From the NCBI GenBank assembly GCA_963760795.1, contig CAVXEP010000032.1, positions 32,001 through 96,000 on the forward strand: a DNA stretch of 64,000 nt, written 5' to 3'. Below, piece after piece: positions 10,722-20,553 of this stretch. Position numbers and translations under genes: made by a program. This DNA is from an uncultured delta proteobacterium (GTDB lineage Bacteria > Desulfobacterota > Binatia > UBA9968). Position 1 is the stretch's first letter, and every line of letters starts with the position of its first letter. The notes under the pieces are model-generated. The model did not search any database. It had not been told where the DNA came from and worked only from the letters and a program-made list of their open reading frames with translations.

Positions 10722-11540
10722 ATGGCTGAACTATCAACAGTTCTACAGAAACTCGATGAAGAAACCGGCGTCGCTTGGCTGACCTTTAACCGGCCGGAGA
10801 AGAAGAACGCCATGAGCCAGAAGTTCATGGCGGAGTTGATCAAGGCGCTCAAAGATATCGCCGAGAACGACAAGATCAAATGCGTCGTGACCATGGGGTC
10901 GGGTGATTCTTATTCGTCGGGGCTCGATCTTTACGATCTGCGCGAGTCGTGGAAGCGCAAGCGTCCCTGGGATCAGGCCGGTTCGACCTACGAGATCGTC
11001 CGGCTCTTGCGCGCCATGCCGCAGATCACGGTGGCGGCGGTGCGCGGCTGGTGTCTGGGCGGCGGTCTGGCGTTGATTAACGGTCATGATCTGTGCATCG
11101 CCGGGCAATCGGCGAAGTTCGGCATGCCGGAAGTGATCCGCGGCAGCTACGGCGCGGTGGCGACGTCGACGTTGTTCCACGGCGGGTTGCCGGTCAAGAA
11201 GGCTTTTTACATTCAGCTCACCGGTCGCAATTTGTCTGCGGCGGAAGCCGAGCGGGTCGGCTTGATTTCTGAAGTGGTGCCCGACGACCAATTGCTGGCT
11301 AACGTCGAGCAGCTGTCCAAGGAGCTCGGCAGCCGCAATGCGGTGACGCTGGAGAGCGCCAAGATCGCCGCGTACATGATGAAGGACATGGACTTTGCGA
11401 CCGCGCTCAGGACCGACGACTTGGTGTCGCACCGGATGCGCTACTACACCAATCCACTCAACGACGTCGAAGGTTATCTGCACTCGCAAAAGGGCGGCGG
11501 CACCGTGAAGTATGTCAAACCGGAGGATCGGAAGAAGTAA
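10722..11540 (+). CDS. Crotonase (enoyl-CoA hydratase/lyase) family protein
   Basis: LTFNRPEKKNAMS, YSSGLDL, GWCLGGG, FGMPEV; RBS GGAGG. Confidence 0.9.
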   Translation: MAELSTVLQKLDEETGVAWLTFNRPEKKNAMSQKFMAELIKALKDIAENDKIKCVVTMGSGDSYSSGLDLYDLRESWKRKRPWDQAGSTYEIVRLLRAMPQITVAAVRGWCLGGGLALINGHDLCIAGQSAKFGMPEVIRGSYGAVATSTLFHGGLPVKKAFYIQLTGRNLSAAEAERVGLISEVVPDDQLLANVEQLSKELGSRNAVTLESAKIAAYMMKDMDFATALRTDDLVSHRMRYYTNPLNDVEGYLHSQKGGGTVKYVKPEDRKK

Positions 11541-11633
11541 AGTTCCGTTCAAGGGTTCAAGGTTCAAAAGTTCAAGGTTGATGCTCGGCATGCAGGAGTT
11601 TCGCGCTGATTGCAAAATTGAGGAGGGGAGCCA

Positions 11634-12764
11634 ATGTCACTACATACGCCATTATGTGATTTGTTGCATATCAAATATCCGATCATCCAGGCCGGCATGG
11701 GCTGGGACAAGGAAGGGCTGACGACGCCGCCGGCGCTGGTCGCCGCGGTATCAAATGCCGGCGGGCTAGGTTGCATCGGCGGCAGTTCGATTCGGCCTGA
11801 GGTCATTCGCGAACGCATCCGCGCGGTGCGGCAACTGACCGACAAGCCCTTCGGCGTCGATATCACCTTGCCGAAGATGGAAGATGTCAGAATTCCCGAC
11901 CCGGACGAAGTGCGCAAAGAGATCCAGGAAAAATTTCCCAAGCATGCCAAGTTCAACGACGAGCTGATTCCGCGACTGGGCTTGACGCCACAACCGCCGG
12001 ACCGCAAGAGCTGGGTGAAGACGCCGGCGGCTACGCGCGAGCAGCTGCGAGTCATTCTCGAAGAGAAGGTGCCGATTCTGATCATCGGCCTCGGTGATAC
12101 GGCCGAAGTCGTGCCGCTGGCCCATGAACGGGGTATTTTGGTCATGGCGCTGGCCGGCGCGGTGAAACATGCGCTCAGCCACGCGCGCAAGGGCGCCGAC
12201 GTGATCATCGCCCAGGGCTACGAAGCGGGCGGACACACCGGCACGATTGGCAACTTTCCTCTGATACCGCAGATCGTCGATGCGGTGCGGCCCAAGCCGG
12301 TGGTTGCCGCCGGCGGTATTTCCGACGGTCGCGGCGTTGCCGCCGCGCTCGCTCTCGGAGCTGTTGGTGTTTGGTGCGGCACGACTTTCTTGGTGACGCA
12401 GGAAGGCGGCATCAATCCGATTTATAAAAAACAAATTCTCAACGGCAGCTCGGAAGACTTCGTGCGCACCGCTTACACCAGCGGCCACTTTGCGCGTCAT
12501 TACCGCAGCGAGACCATCAAGGCCTGGATGGCGTCCGGTCTCGATGCCATGCCGACGCCCTACCAAGGTAATGCGATGGATGAAGTGCGGCGCGCCGCCG
12601 AAGCCGCCAATCGCGTCGATGTCCTGCATGTCCCTGGCGGACAGGTGGCCGGTATGTTGAGTGAAGAGCGCAACAATGTGCCCGCCAAGGAAATCGTCGA
12701 CCGCATGGTTGCCGAGGCGTCGCAGATTTTGAACGACCTGCGGGCAAAGTTTGTCGGTGCTTAA
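11634..12764 (+). CDS. Nitronate monooxygenase / FabK-like flavoprotein
   Basis: YPIIQAGMG, AVSNAGGLG, AQGYEAGGHTG, VAAGGISDGRG. Confidence 0.9.
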   Translation: MSLHTPLCDLLHIKYPIIQAGMGWDKEGLTTPPALVAAVSNAGGLGCIGGSSIRPEVIRERIRAVRQLTDKPFGVDITLPKMEDVRIPDPDEVRKEIQEKFPKHAKFNDELIPRLGLTPQPPDRKSWVKTPAATREQLRVILEEKVPILIIGLGDTAEVVPLAHERGILVMALAGAVKHALSHARKGADVIIAQGYEAGGHTGTIGNFPLIPQIVDAVRPKPVVAAGGISDGRGVAAALALGAVGVWCGTTFLVTQEGGINPIYKKQILNGSSEDFVRTAYTSGHFARHYRSETIKAWMASGLDAMPTPYQGNAMDEVRRAAEAANRVDVLHVPGGQVAGMLSEERNNVPAKEIVDRMVAEASQILNDLRAKFVGA

Positions 12765-12788
12765 ATAAGTGAAGCGACGCAGTAGAAA

Positions 12789-12875
12789 ATCCACCTTAGT
12801 TCCCTTTGTCAAAGGGGAAACGGTGAGCATCTAAAATGTTCCCCTCTTTGTAAAAGCCGGGTTAGGGGAGATTTG
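12789..12875. repeat. REP-like palindrome (CCCTTT..AAAGGGG / GGGGAGATTT family)
   Basis: ttccctttgtcaaaggggaa hairpin and terminal aaatc..gattt. Confidence 0.6.
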
Positions 12876-12913
12876 GAACTTCCGTCAGCAGCAATAACTT
12901 CCTAAAAGGATAA

Positions 12914-15295
12914 ATGATGAGCGGAGAATTTCTCAAAGGTTATAGAGCGTTGGATCTTACCGGTTTGAGCGGCCAACTGTGCGGCCGCATGCTCGCTGAC
13001 TTGGGCATGGAAGTGATCAAGATCGAACCGCCTGGCGGCGACCCAGTGCGCAATCTGGCCCCTTTCATCACCGCAGCCAATGGCGCCAAGCTGAGCACGA
13101 CCTTCGCGCATTTGAACGCCGGCAAGCACAGCAAGGTCATCGATCTCGACAGTGACGCCGGTCGCGCGGCGTTGCGCAAGTTGGTCGAATCGGCCGACGT
13201 TGTCATTGAAAGTTTTCAGCCGGGTGAGTTGGCAGCCAAGGGGTTGGGCTACAAAGATCTAGCCAAGGTGAATCCCGGCATCGTCATGGCTTCGATCACT
13301 TGTTTCGGTCAAACCGGACCGAAGAAAAATCTTGTCTACAACGATCTCGTCGGCTTGGCCGAGAGCGGCATTCTTTACGTCTGCGGCGACCCGACGACGG
13401 CACCGTGCAAAGCGCCCGAGTCGCAGGCCTATTACTTCGCGAGTCTGTTCGCCACCGCCGGCGTATTGGCAGCGCTCTACCGGCGTGAAAAGACCGGCCA
13501 AGGCGACCATATCGACACGTCGATGCAGGAAACCTTGGCGACCCATGAGCACCTCATTCGGCTGTGGGCCAATGATAAACAGATTCTCAAGCGCGCCGGC
13601 AGCCAGCATGGCTCGGTGGCGCCGGCGAAAATCTTCCCGGTCAAAGACGGTTTCGTCTATCTCTACGTGACGCGCCAGCACTGGAAGCTTTTTCTTTCCA
13701 TCTGGAAGGATCATCCGGCGACTTTCGACGCCGCCGATTGGCTGAACAACGTCTACCGGCGCGATCATGCCGATGAACTCAATCCCGCAGTGGAAGCCTA
13801 TCTTGGTAAATTCACCATGGCGGAGATCACCGAATTGTTGCAGGAAAAGGGCATCCCTTGTGTGCCGGTGAATACGCCGATGGGGTTTGCCAACGACGAG
13901 CATGTGCAGGGCCGAGGTTTCATGACAGCGGTGGAGCATGCAGGGTTTGGCAGCGCAAAGCAGCCGGGCATGCCGTTTATGATCGACGGCAGCCGTCCTG
14001 CGGTTGGTAGCGTGCCGCTGCTCGACAGTTGGCGCGACGATGGGGCGAAGAGGTCGGCGCCACAGCAACCAAGGTCGACCGGGACGAGCGGCAACGGCCC
14101 GCTTGACGGTATGCGAATCGTTAGCTTCGATCACGTTCTTGCCGGCCCCTATGGCACGACGATTTTGGCGGAGCTCGGCGCCGATGTGATGAAAATCGAG
14201 TCGAGCAAAGGCGGTATGGACCCGTTTCGCTTTTTCGGCACCGGCGAAGATCCCAATCTGTCGCCGCGGTTTTTAGAATTTAACCGCAACAAGCGGTCCT
14301 TTACAGTCAATTTGAAACATCCCAAAGGCCAGGGCGTTTTGCACGATCTGGTCGCCAAGGCGGACGCGGTGCTCGATAACTACAGCGTCGATGTCGTCGA
14401 TCGCATTGGATTGGGTTATAAACAGCTCTGCGCAGTGAAGCCCGACATAATCAATCTGCGCATGCCCGGCCTCGGCACCACCGGTCCCAAGCGCCATTTC
14501 TCGACAGTCGGTGTGAACATCACCGCCTTCACAGGCTTGACCTATATGTGGAACCACCCCGGCGTCACCAATCCGCCTATCGGTGCGCAGCTGGTTTATC
14601 CAGATTATGTTTCCGGCGTCCTGTGCGCGATCATCATCATTTCCGGCGTGCTTTACCGAGACCGGCAAAAGAGAGGCGCGTTCATCGACTTGGCGCAGTC
14701 AGAGGCGACGGCATTTATGATCGGCGCCAATCTGATGGAAGCTGCGTCGACCGGCAAGAATCCCGAACCCATCGGCAATATGTCGCTCTCCGTGGCTCCC
14801 CATGGCTGCTATCCGTGCAAGGGCGAAGATCGCTGGTGCGTGATCGCTGCGGAAACCGAACAGCAATGGTCGGCCCTCGCCAACATTCTTGGCGGTGACG
14901 TCGCCGACAATTCACGCTTTGCCACCAACGCGGCGCGGCTCCAAGCACGGGAGGCGCTCGATAAAACTATTTCAGCTTGGACGCGGACGCGAGACGCCTT
15001 CGCCGTCCGCGATCAGTTGCAGAAAGCGGGGATTCCCTGCGGCGTGGCGCAAACCGGCGAGGATCTGGTCAACGACCCGCAGCTCAAGGAGCGTGGCTTC
15101 ATCGTCGAGGTGGATAATCCTAGATTGGGCAAGGTCGTATTGCCGAGTTTTCCGCTGCACTTTACCAACGCCAAGCTGACGCGCCGCTGGGAATTTCCCG
15201 TGCTCGGCAAGGATACCGAGGCGGTGCTGCGCGATGTCGTCGGCTACGATGCCGCGACCATCGCCGCGCATCGACAGGACGGGGTGTTGGAATAG
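12914..15295 (+). CDS. Two-domain class III CoA-transferase (CaiB/BaiF fusion)
   Basis: Two CaiB modules: LADLGMEVIKIEPPGGD..NAGKHS and LAELGADVMKIES..NRNKRS. Confidence 0.92.
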   Translation: MMSGEFLKGYRALDLTGLSGQLCGRMLADLGMEVIKIEPPGGDPVRNLAPFITAANGAKLSTTFAHLNAGKHSKVIDLDSDAGRAALRKLVESADVVIESFQPGELAAKGLGYKDLAKVNPGIVMASITCFGQTGPKKNLVYNDLVGLAESGILYVCGDPTTAPCKAPESQAYYFASLFATAGVLAALYRREKTGQGDHIDTSMQETLATHEHLIRLWANDKQILKRAGSQHGSVAPAKIFPVKDGFVYLYVTRQHWKLFLSIWKDHPATFDAADWLNNVYRRDHADELNPAVEAYLGKFTMAEITELLQEKGIPCVPVNTPMGFANDEHVQGRGFMTAVEHAGFGSAKQPGMPFMIDGSRPAVGSVPLLDSWRDDGAKRSAPQQPRSTGTSGNGPLDGMRIVSFDHVLAGPYGTTILAELGADVMKIESSKGGMDPFRFFGTGEDPNLSPRFLEFNRNKRSFTVNLKHPKGQGVLHDLVAKADAVLDNYSVDVVDRIGLGYKQLCAVKPDIINLRMPGLGTTGPKRHFSTVGVNITAFTGLTYMWNHPGVTNPPIGAQLVYPDYVSGVLCAIIIISGVLYRDRQKRGAFIDLAQSEATAFMIGANLMEAASTGKNPEPIGNMSLSVAPHGCYPCKGEDRWCVIAAETEQQWSALANILGGDVADNSRFATNAARLQAREALDKTISAWTRTRDAFAVRDQLQKAGIPCGVAQTGEDLVNDPQLKERGFIVEVDNPRLGKVVLPSFPLHFTNAKLTRRWEFPVLGKDTEAVLRDVVGYDAATIAAHRQDGVLE

Positions 15296-15352
15296 CGCGG
15301 GCCCTGGAGTGATGGCGAAGTCTTGGGTTGAACAAACAGCAGGAATAGTCGA

Positions 15353-16388
15353 ATGAATACCGTGGTTCTGCTGGTCTGCTTGATAGTTTTTCCTTTGAGT
15401 CGAACTTTTCGCTCAAACCAGATCCACCGTCGATCTCGCCAACTATCGCGGCGCGGACCGCGAGGAGATGCTCAAAGCCGGCGCGAAAAAGGAAGGGAAG
15501 CTCACCTGGTACACGAGCCTGACCGCCCATCGCGATATCGCCAACGTGTTTGAAGCGAAATATCCCGGTGTCAAAGTCGAAACCTATCGCGCCGCGCCCA
15601 ACGATCTGAACCGGCGGCTGCTTTCCGAAGCGCAGTCCAAGCGCAGTATCGCCGACCTGCTCGAGACCACACCGACGACGATGATGCTCATGCGCGACAG
15701 CAAGCTGCTGATGCCATATTTCTCGCCCCATCTCGCCAACTTTCCCGATGACTCTAAAGAGGAAGCGGACAAGAGCCGGGTATTTTGGACCACCGACCGG
15801 GAATCCATCGTCGGCCTGGGCTACAACCGCAACATGATTCGCGCCGCCGAGGTGCCGAAAACCTTCGCCGATATGCTCAAGCCGGAAAACAAAGGCAAGA
15901 TCGGTGTCAGCGGCGATACCACCGGCGTGCGCTTTGTCGGCGCCATGATCGCCGCCAAGGGAGAAGAATTCGTCAAGCAGTTGCGCAACCAGGATGTCAA
16001 AATGCACATGATCTCCGGCGGCGCGATGCATGAGTTGATGGCCGCCGGCGAAATGCATATGTCGATCTCGATCTTTCGCAATCATGTCTTAGCCGGGAAA
16101 CTCAAAGGCGCGCCCACCGAATGGGTGCCTCTCGACTTGAGTCCGGCCAACGCCGGTAGCGTTGCTTTGCCGGCCGCGACTCACAGTCCCCATGCCGCCC
16201 TATTGTTCATCGATTTTCTCCTGAGCCCAGAGGGACAAAAGATCTTCGAAGAAAAGTTTCGCTTCGCGACTTCGACCAAGAATTATGGTTTCAAACGTTG
16301 GTACCCTGAAAAGGGACTGACCGTCGAGCAGTACGAGAAAGCCGAGGAGCGTTGGAAGAAACTATTGCACGATCTGGTGCGGCGATAG
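15353..16388 (+). CDS. Extracellular solute-binding protein (Fe3+/thiamine-like), one-base frameshift near 15405
   Basis: Signal peptide (15353 ORF) joins AQTRSTVDLANYRGADREEMLKAGAKKEGKLTWYTS in the other frame; HAALLFIDFLLSPEGQ. Confidence 0.8.
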
Positions 16389-16451
16389 AAGTCAGAAGTC
16401 CGATCTTCGCCTGCTGACCGCCGATCTCCGACTTCGGATCTCTGACCTCCG
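16388..16451. repeat. Heptamer-periodic palindrome (AGTCAGA / TCTGACC family)
   Basis: gaagtcagaagtc..ccgacttcggatctctgacctc. Confidence 0.6.
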
Positions 16452-16535
16452 GTTGCCCCGCGATTGACAGTTTCAATGCTTCTAGAATATGACCTGACAT
16501 AACGACGCAGCATAAAAACAATTGGAGGAAAGACC

Positions 16536-17354
16536 ATGGCAAATTATCAAACTTTATTAGTGGACAATAAGGACGGCGTGACGACGGTCACACTCAATCG
16601 GCCGGAAAAGCGCAACGCGATGAGCCCGCAGCTGCATCGCGACATGTACGATTGCTTGACCGATCTGCGTTACGACAAAGATACCCGGGTGATCATTATC
16701 ACCGGCGCGGGTGAGAGTTTTTGCGCCGGCCAGGACTTGAAGCAATACTTTATCGAAATGGACTCCCAACCTGAGCGCGTGCGCGACGAAGTGCGAGAAA
16801 AATCGCGCCAATGGCGCAACGAGATACTGCGCAAGATGCCGCAGCCGGTGATCGCCAAGATCAACGGCTGGGTGTTTGGCGGCGGCTTCACCGTCGTGAC
16901 CGGCTGCGACATCGCCATTGCGGCGGACGATGTCCAGTTTGGTTTGTCGGAGGTTAATTTCGGCCATTTCCCCGGCGGCGAAGTGACCATCGTTCTGACC
17001 GAACATTTGCAGCCCAAGCATGGACTCTATTACGCGCTCACCGGCAAGACCATGAACGCCAAGGAAGCCGAGCGCATCGGCCTTATCACTAAAGCTGTGC
17101 CGCGCGCCGATTTGGACAAAGAGGTGATGGAGATCGCCAACAACTTGAAAGAGAAAGCTCCTTCCGCCCTCAACGCGGTCAAAGAAGCGTGGTACTACAC
17201 CTTCTACTCCAATCCGGATGTCGCCTACGAGATCTCCGGCTTGATCTCCGATAAAGCCAAGGCAGCGATCGGCGGCCGTCCCGGCTTGCAGCAGTTCGCC
17301 CGTAAGGAATATCGACCCGGGTTGGGGTCGTATAAGGTCGAGGAAAAGAAATAA
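16536..17354 (+). CDS. p-hydroxycinnamoyl/feruloyl-CoA hydratase-lyase (HCHL)-like crotonase
   Basis: LNRPEKRNAMSP, AGQDLKQYF, QWR, NGWVFGGGF, FGLSEVN, YYALTGKT and C-terminal QF...RPGLGSYK all match Pseudomonas HCHL as recalled. Confidence 0.8.
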   Translation: MANYQTLLVDNKDGVTTVTLNRPEKRNAMSPQLHRDMYDCLTDLRYDKDTRVIIITGAGESFCAGQDLKQYFIEMDSQPERVRDEVREKSRQWRNEILRKMPQPVIAKINGWVFGGGFTVVTGCDIAIAADDVQFGLSEVNFGHFPGGEVTIVLTEHLQPKHGLYYALTGKTMNAKEAERIGLITKAVPRADLDKEVMEIANNLKEKAPSALNAVKEAWYYTFYSNPDVAYEISGLISDKAKAAIGGRPGLQQFARKEYRPGLGSYKVEEKK

Positions 17355-17361
17355 GCGCATT

Positions 17362-17493
17362 AATTTTGATTTTGCGATTTTGGATTTTGGATTGCCGGAG
17401 TTAGGGCGTGCCGGTGCAAGCGCAGCAACTTGTGCCGGCATTGTTCCGTTAATCTAAAAACCAAAAGTCGCCCCGCAGACTAAAATCCAAAAT
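17362..17493. repeat. GATTTTG / AATCCAA heptamer palindrome
   Basis: gattttgcgattttggattttggatt ... aatctaaaa..aaaatccaaaat. Confidence 0.75.
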
Positions 17494-17505
17494 GGAGATT
17501 CAAGC

Positions 17506-18660
17506 ATGGATTTTAATTTACCTGAAGAATTGCAGATGCTGAAAGACACGGTGCGCAAGTTCGTCGACAAGGAACTGATTCCGGTCGAGATGCACACCAT
17601 CGAGAACATGGAGCTGAAGCCCGACATCCGCGAAAAGTTGGAAAAAAAGACCAAAGAGATGGGGCTGTGGATGTTCGACGTGCCGGAAGAGTACGGCGGC
17701 GGCGGGCTGGGCAGTTTGGCCCAGGTATTGGTGTGGGAAGAGCTGTCGCGCACGGTGGCGTTGCCGTCGCGCGGCCAGGGTATCTTCGGCCCGGAGGTGC
17801 GGCCGATTCTCTACGCGCTCAATCCGGAACAGAAAAAGCGTTTCATGGACCCGGTGCTGGCTGGAGAGAAAAAGCTTTGCTTCATGCAAACCGAGCCTGA
17901 TGCCGGCTCCGATCCGGCGTCGATGAAAACTCGCGCGGTGCGCCAGGGCGATCACTATGTCATCAACGGCACCAAGCGTTTCATCACTGGAGCGGGAGAA
18001 GCGGATATCGGTCAATTGATGGCGGTTACCGATCCGGCCAAGGGCGCCCATGGGGGTATCTCTTGTTTCATGGTCGACATGAAGACGCCGGGGTTGACGC
18101 TGGGGACCCGTTACAAAACCATGATGGGCGAGGAGCCTTGGCATATCACCTTCGACGATATGAAGATTCCCGCGGAAAATATCGTCGGCAAGGAAGGCGA
18201 AGGGTTCAAGCTAGCGCAAAAATGGCTCGGCATCGGCCGCTTGAAACACGGCGCGCGCGCACTGGGCGTGGCCGAGCGCTGCATCGAAATGGGCGCAAGC
18301 TATTCCAAGCAGCGCATTACGTTTGGTAAGCCGCTGTCGGAGCGCCAGGGCATAACTTTTAAACTAGCCGACTCCTACGTCGAACTGCATGCGGCGCGCT
18401 TGATGGTCTACCAAGCGGCTTGGAAGAATGATCAGAAGCAGGACATTCGCAACGAGGCCTACATGGCGAAGCTATTCGCCGATGAGATGTCGTTCCGGGT
18501 GGTCGACCGCGTGCTGCAAATCCATGGCGGCATCGGTTTGACGTTAGATTTACCGCTGGCGAAATGGTTCGTCGACCAGCGCAGCCGGATGATCACCGAA
18601 GGCGCGTCCGAAGTGATGCGCATGGTAATCGCGCGGGAAGTGTTGAGGAAATATAATTAA
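17506..18660 (+). CDS. Acyl-CoA dehydrogenase
   Basis: QTEPDAGSD, INGTKRFIT, R.TFGKPL, QIHGGIG, ITEGASEV. Confidence 0.95.
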   Translation: MDFNLPEELQMLKDTVRKFVDKELIPVEMHTIENMELKPDIREKLEKKTKEMGLWMFDVPEEYGGGGLGSLAQVLVWEELSRTVALPSRGQGIFGPEVRPILYALNPEQKKRFMDPVLAGEKKLCFMQTEPDAGSDPASMKTRAVRQGDHYVINGTKRFITGAGEADIGQLMAVTDPAKGAHGGISCFMVDMKTPGLTLGTRYKTMMGEEPWHITFDDMKIPAENIVGKEGEGFKLAQKWLGIGRLKHGARALGVAERCIEMGASYSKQRITFGKPLSERQGITFKLADSYVELHAARLMVYQAAWKNDQKQDIRNEAYMAKLFADEMSFRVVDRVLQIHGGIGLTLDLPLAKWFVDQRSRMITEGASEVMRMVIAREVLRKYN

Positions 18661-18664
18661 GAAG

Positions 18665-18856
18665 TTTGGCCGCAAAGAACGCAAAGGGCACAAAAAAGAG
18701 ATCGGAGAGGTAGGGGCGGGTCTCAAGACCCGTTTTTCAATTCGAACGCGATGAATCTATCTCATCACGAAGTTCACTGGGAGAGAGGGCGGGTTTAAAA
18801 CCTCGCCTCTACGAATTCCTATTCTGTTTTTGCGAACTCTGCGTTCTTTGCGGCCA
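18665..18856. repeat. Nested palindromes: outer GCCGCAAAGAACGCA pair enclosing GTAG-type REP-like units
   Basis: tggccgcaaagaacgca (18667) / tgcgttctttgcggcca (18840); inner gtaggggcggg.. and gggcgggtttaaaacc..ctac; sits between convergent genes. Confidence 0.8.
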
Positions 18857-18870
18857 TATTCTCTCTTATC

Positions 18871-19266
18871 TTACGTTTCTTTGGCGAACGATAGTTCCCA
18901 GCGATTACCGTCGGGATCGAAGACATTTATCGAATAGTTGTCGGTGCCGCGGTGGGGGCGGATTTTTTCCACCATGGCGCCGGAGTCTTGGAGCATTTTG
19001 AGCGCCTGGTCTTTTTCCTGCCACGGAATATTCAAAGTATGGTGCGGATCGGCGGCGCGCGGGCCCTTCGACGCGTCGAAGATATGCACTTCGAAGTTGC
19101 CGAGGCGAACGTCGACTTCTTTCACTTGGCCGGCTTTGAGTTGCTCCTCCGTCGGATCGACGGTTTTGACTACTTTGCCGCCGATCGTCTTGGTATAGAA
19201 TTCCACCGCCTTGTCGATATTCTTCGCGCTCATGGCGAACGTGCGGATGCTTTTGATTTCAAACAT
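18871..19266 (-). CDS. VOC/glyoxalase family protein
   Basis: IDKAVEFYTKTIG, DPHH, VFDPDGNRWEL. Confidence 0.9.
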   Translation of the reverse strand: MFEIKSIRTFAMSAKNIDKAVEFYTKTIGGKVVKTVDPTEEQLKAGQVKEVDVRLGNFEVHIFDASKGPRAADPHHTLNIPWQEKDQALKMLQDSGAMVEKIRPHRGTDNYSINVFDPDGNRWELSFAKET

Positions 19267-19401
19267 GGTCAACTCCCTAGAAAAGTTTATTATGCTGTGA
19301 AGTTATGGCGCCAAGCTACGGCTTGTCAAGCATCACTCGACGGTTGTATCGCAGTCTAACTGCCTATGTTGGTTTCCGTTCGTGAAGGAGAAGGTGAAGC
19401 T

Positions 19402-20367
19402 ATGTTCATACGATGGGTTTGGGTTGTTGCGCTATGTTTCTCGATAGCATTTCCAACCAAGGGTGAGTGCAAGGACATCAATCTCGGCTGGTCCGGTATC
19501 GGCAGTTGGACGACGTTACCCTATGTGGTGGCGAACGAGCGAGGTTTCTTCGAGCGCGAGGGGTTGAAGGTTCGCCTCATTACCTTTCGCGGCACCAATC
19601 TGATGCTGACCGCACTCTTGGCGAACGAGTTGGACTACGCGACCATCTTGCCGTTTCTCACCGGCGCGGCGGGGCGCGGCCTGCCGGTGAAAATTCTCGC
19701 CGCAGTAACCAAGAGCAGCTCATATTTCATGGTCGCAAGGCCCGAGATCGAGAGCGTCAAAGCAATGCGCGGCAAAAAACTCGGAATCAATTCCTTTGGC
19801 AGCTCGGCGGACTACGCGGCTTACGCCGCGGTGAGCCGAAGCGGTATGGATCCCAACAAAGACCTCACGATACTCGCTATCGGCGGCGGCACTCCTGAGC
19901 GTCTGGCGGCGGTGGTCAGCGGCAGCGTGGATGCCACTGTCATCACCAGTCCGGCTGAATATGCCGCCGAGAAGCAGGGGTTGCGCGTGATCATGTCGGC
20001 GCGCGAATTGGGTGAGTTGGTGCGTATTCCGATCACCGGCATCGGTGCGACGCAGAAAAAAATGGAAAAAGATCCGGATGAAATCGTTCGCATATTGCGT
20101 GCGCTCCGGCTGTCGACGATGTATTTGCAGCAGAATCCCGAATACAGTCTCGGCCTGTTTCAAAGAATTATGCGCGTGGACGCCGTTGCAGCGAACACAT
20201 TGTTTAAGCTCTACCGCGATGAGTACAACCCTGAATTGACGCTCCCCGATGCTGTGGTCGAGGACTTGCTGGCCGTGGGAACTTTCCGGCTCAAGGAAAG
20301 ACCCAAAACGGGGCTGACGGTGCAAGCCGTTCGCGATTGGAGCTTCGCGGAAAAGGCCAGGCGGTAA
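19402..20367 (+). CDS. ABC substrate-binding protein, NitT/TauT family
   Basis: GFFEREGL, MRGKKLGINSFGS, SGSVDAT. Confidence 0.9.
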   Translation: MFIRWVWVVALCFSIAFPTKGECKDINLGWSGIGSWTTLPYVVANERGFFEREGLKVRLITFRGTNLMLTALLANELDYATILPFLTGAAGRGLPVKILAAVTKSSSYFMVARPEIESVKAMRGKKLGINSFGSSADYAAYAAVSRSGMDPNKDLTILAIGGGTPERLAAVVSGSVDATVITSPAEYAAEKQGLRVIMSARELGELVRIPITGIGATQKKMEKDPDEIVRILRALRLSTMYLQQNPEYSLGLFQRIMRVDAVAANTLFKLYRDEYNPELTLPDAVVEDLLAVGTFRLKERPKTGLTVQAVRDWSFAEKARR

Positions 20368-20442
20368 TCCCGCGCGACTGAACAACCCGCGGCTCTACTC
20401 TGAGAGGTCCCCAATTTGTCGACTCGAAGTCGATTTCCCTTC

Positions 20443-20536
20443 CGTCATTCCGGTGGAAACCGGAATCCAGGTTTCGTCCGCCGTAGAGAGAATATTAGCA
20501 GTCAAAGGCTGGATGCCGGCCTGCGCCGGCATGACG
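20443..20536. repeat. CGTCATTCCG/CTGGAT..ATGACG REP-like doublet (again at 43997-44107, three units)
   Basis: cgtcattccggtggaaaccggaatccag ... ctggatgccggcctgcgccggcatgacg. Confidence 0.85.
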
Positions 20537-20553
20537 TTCCCTGAGAAATTCGT

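Noticed and set aside
16464-16488. TTGACA...TAGAAT promoter
   Set aside because: The spacer is only 13 nt.
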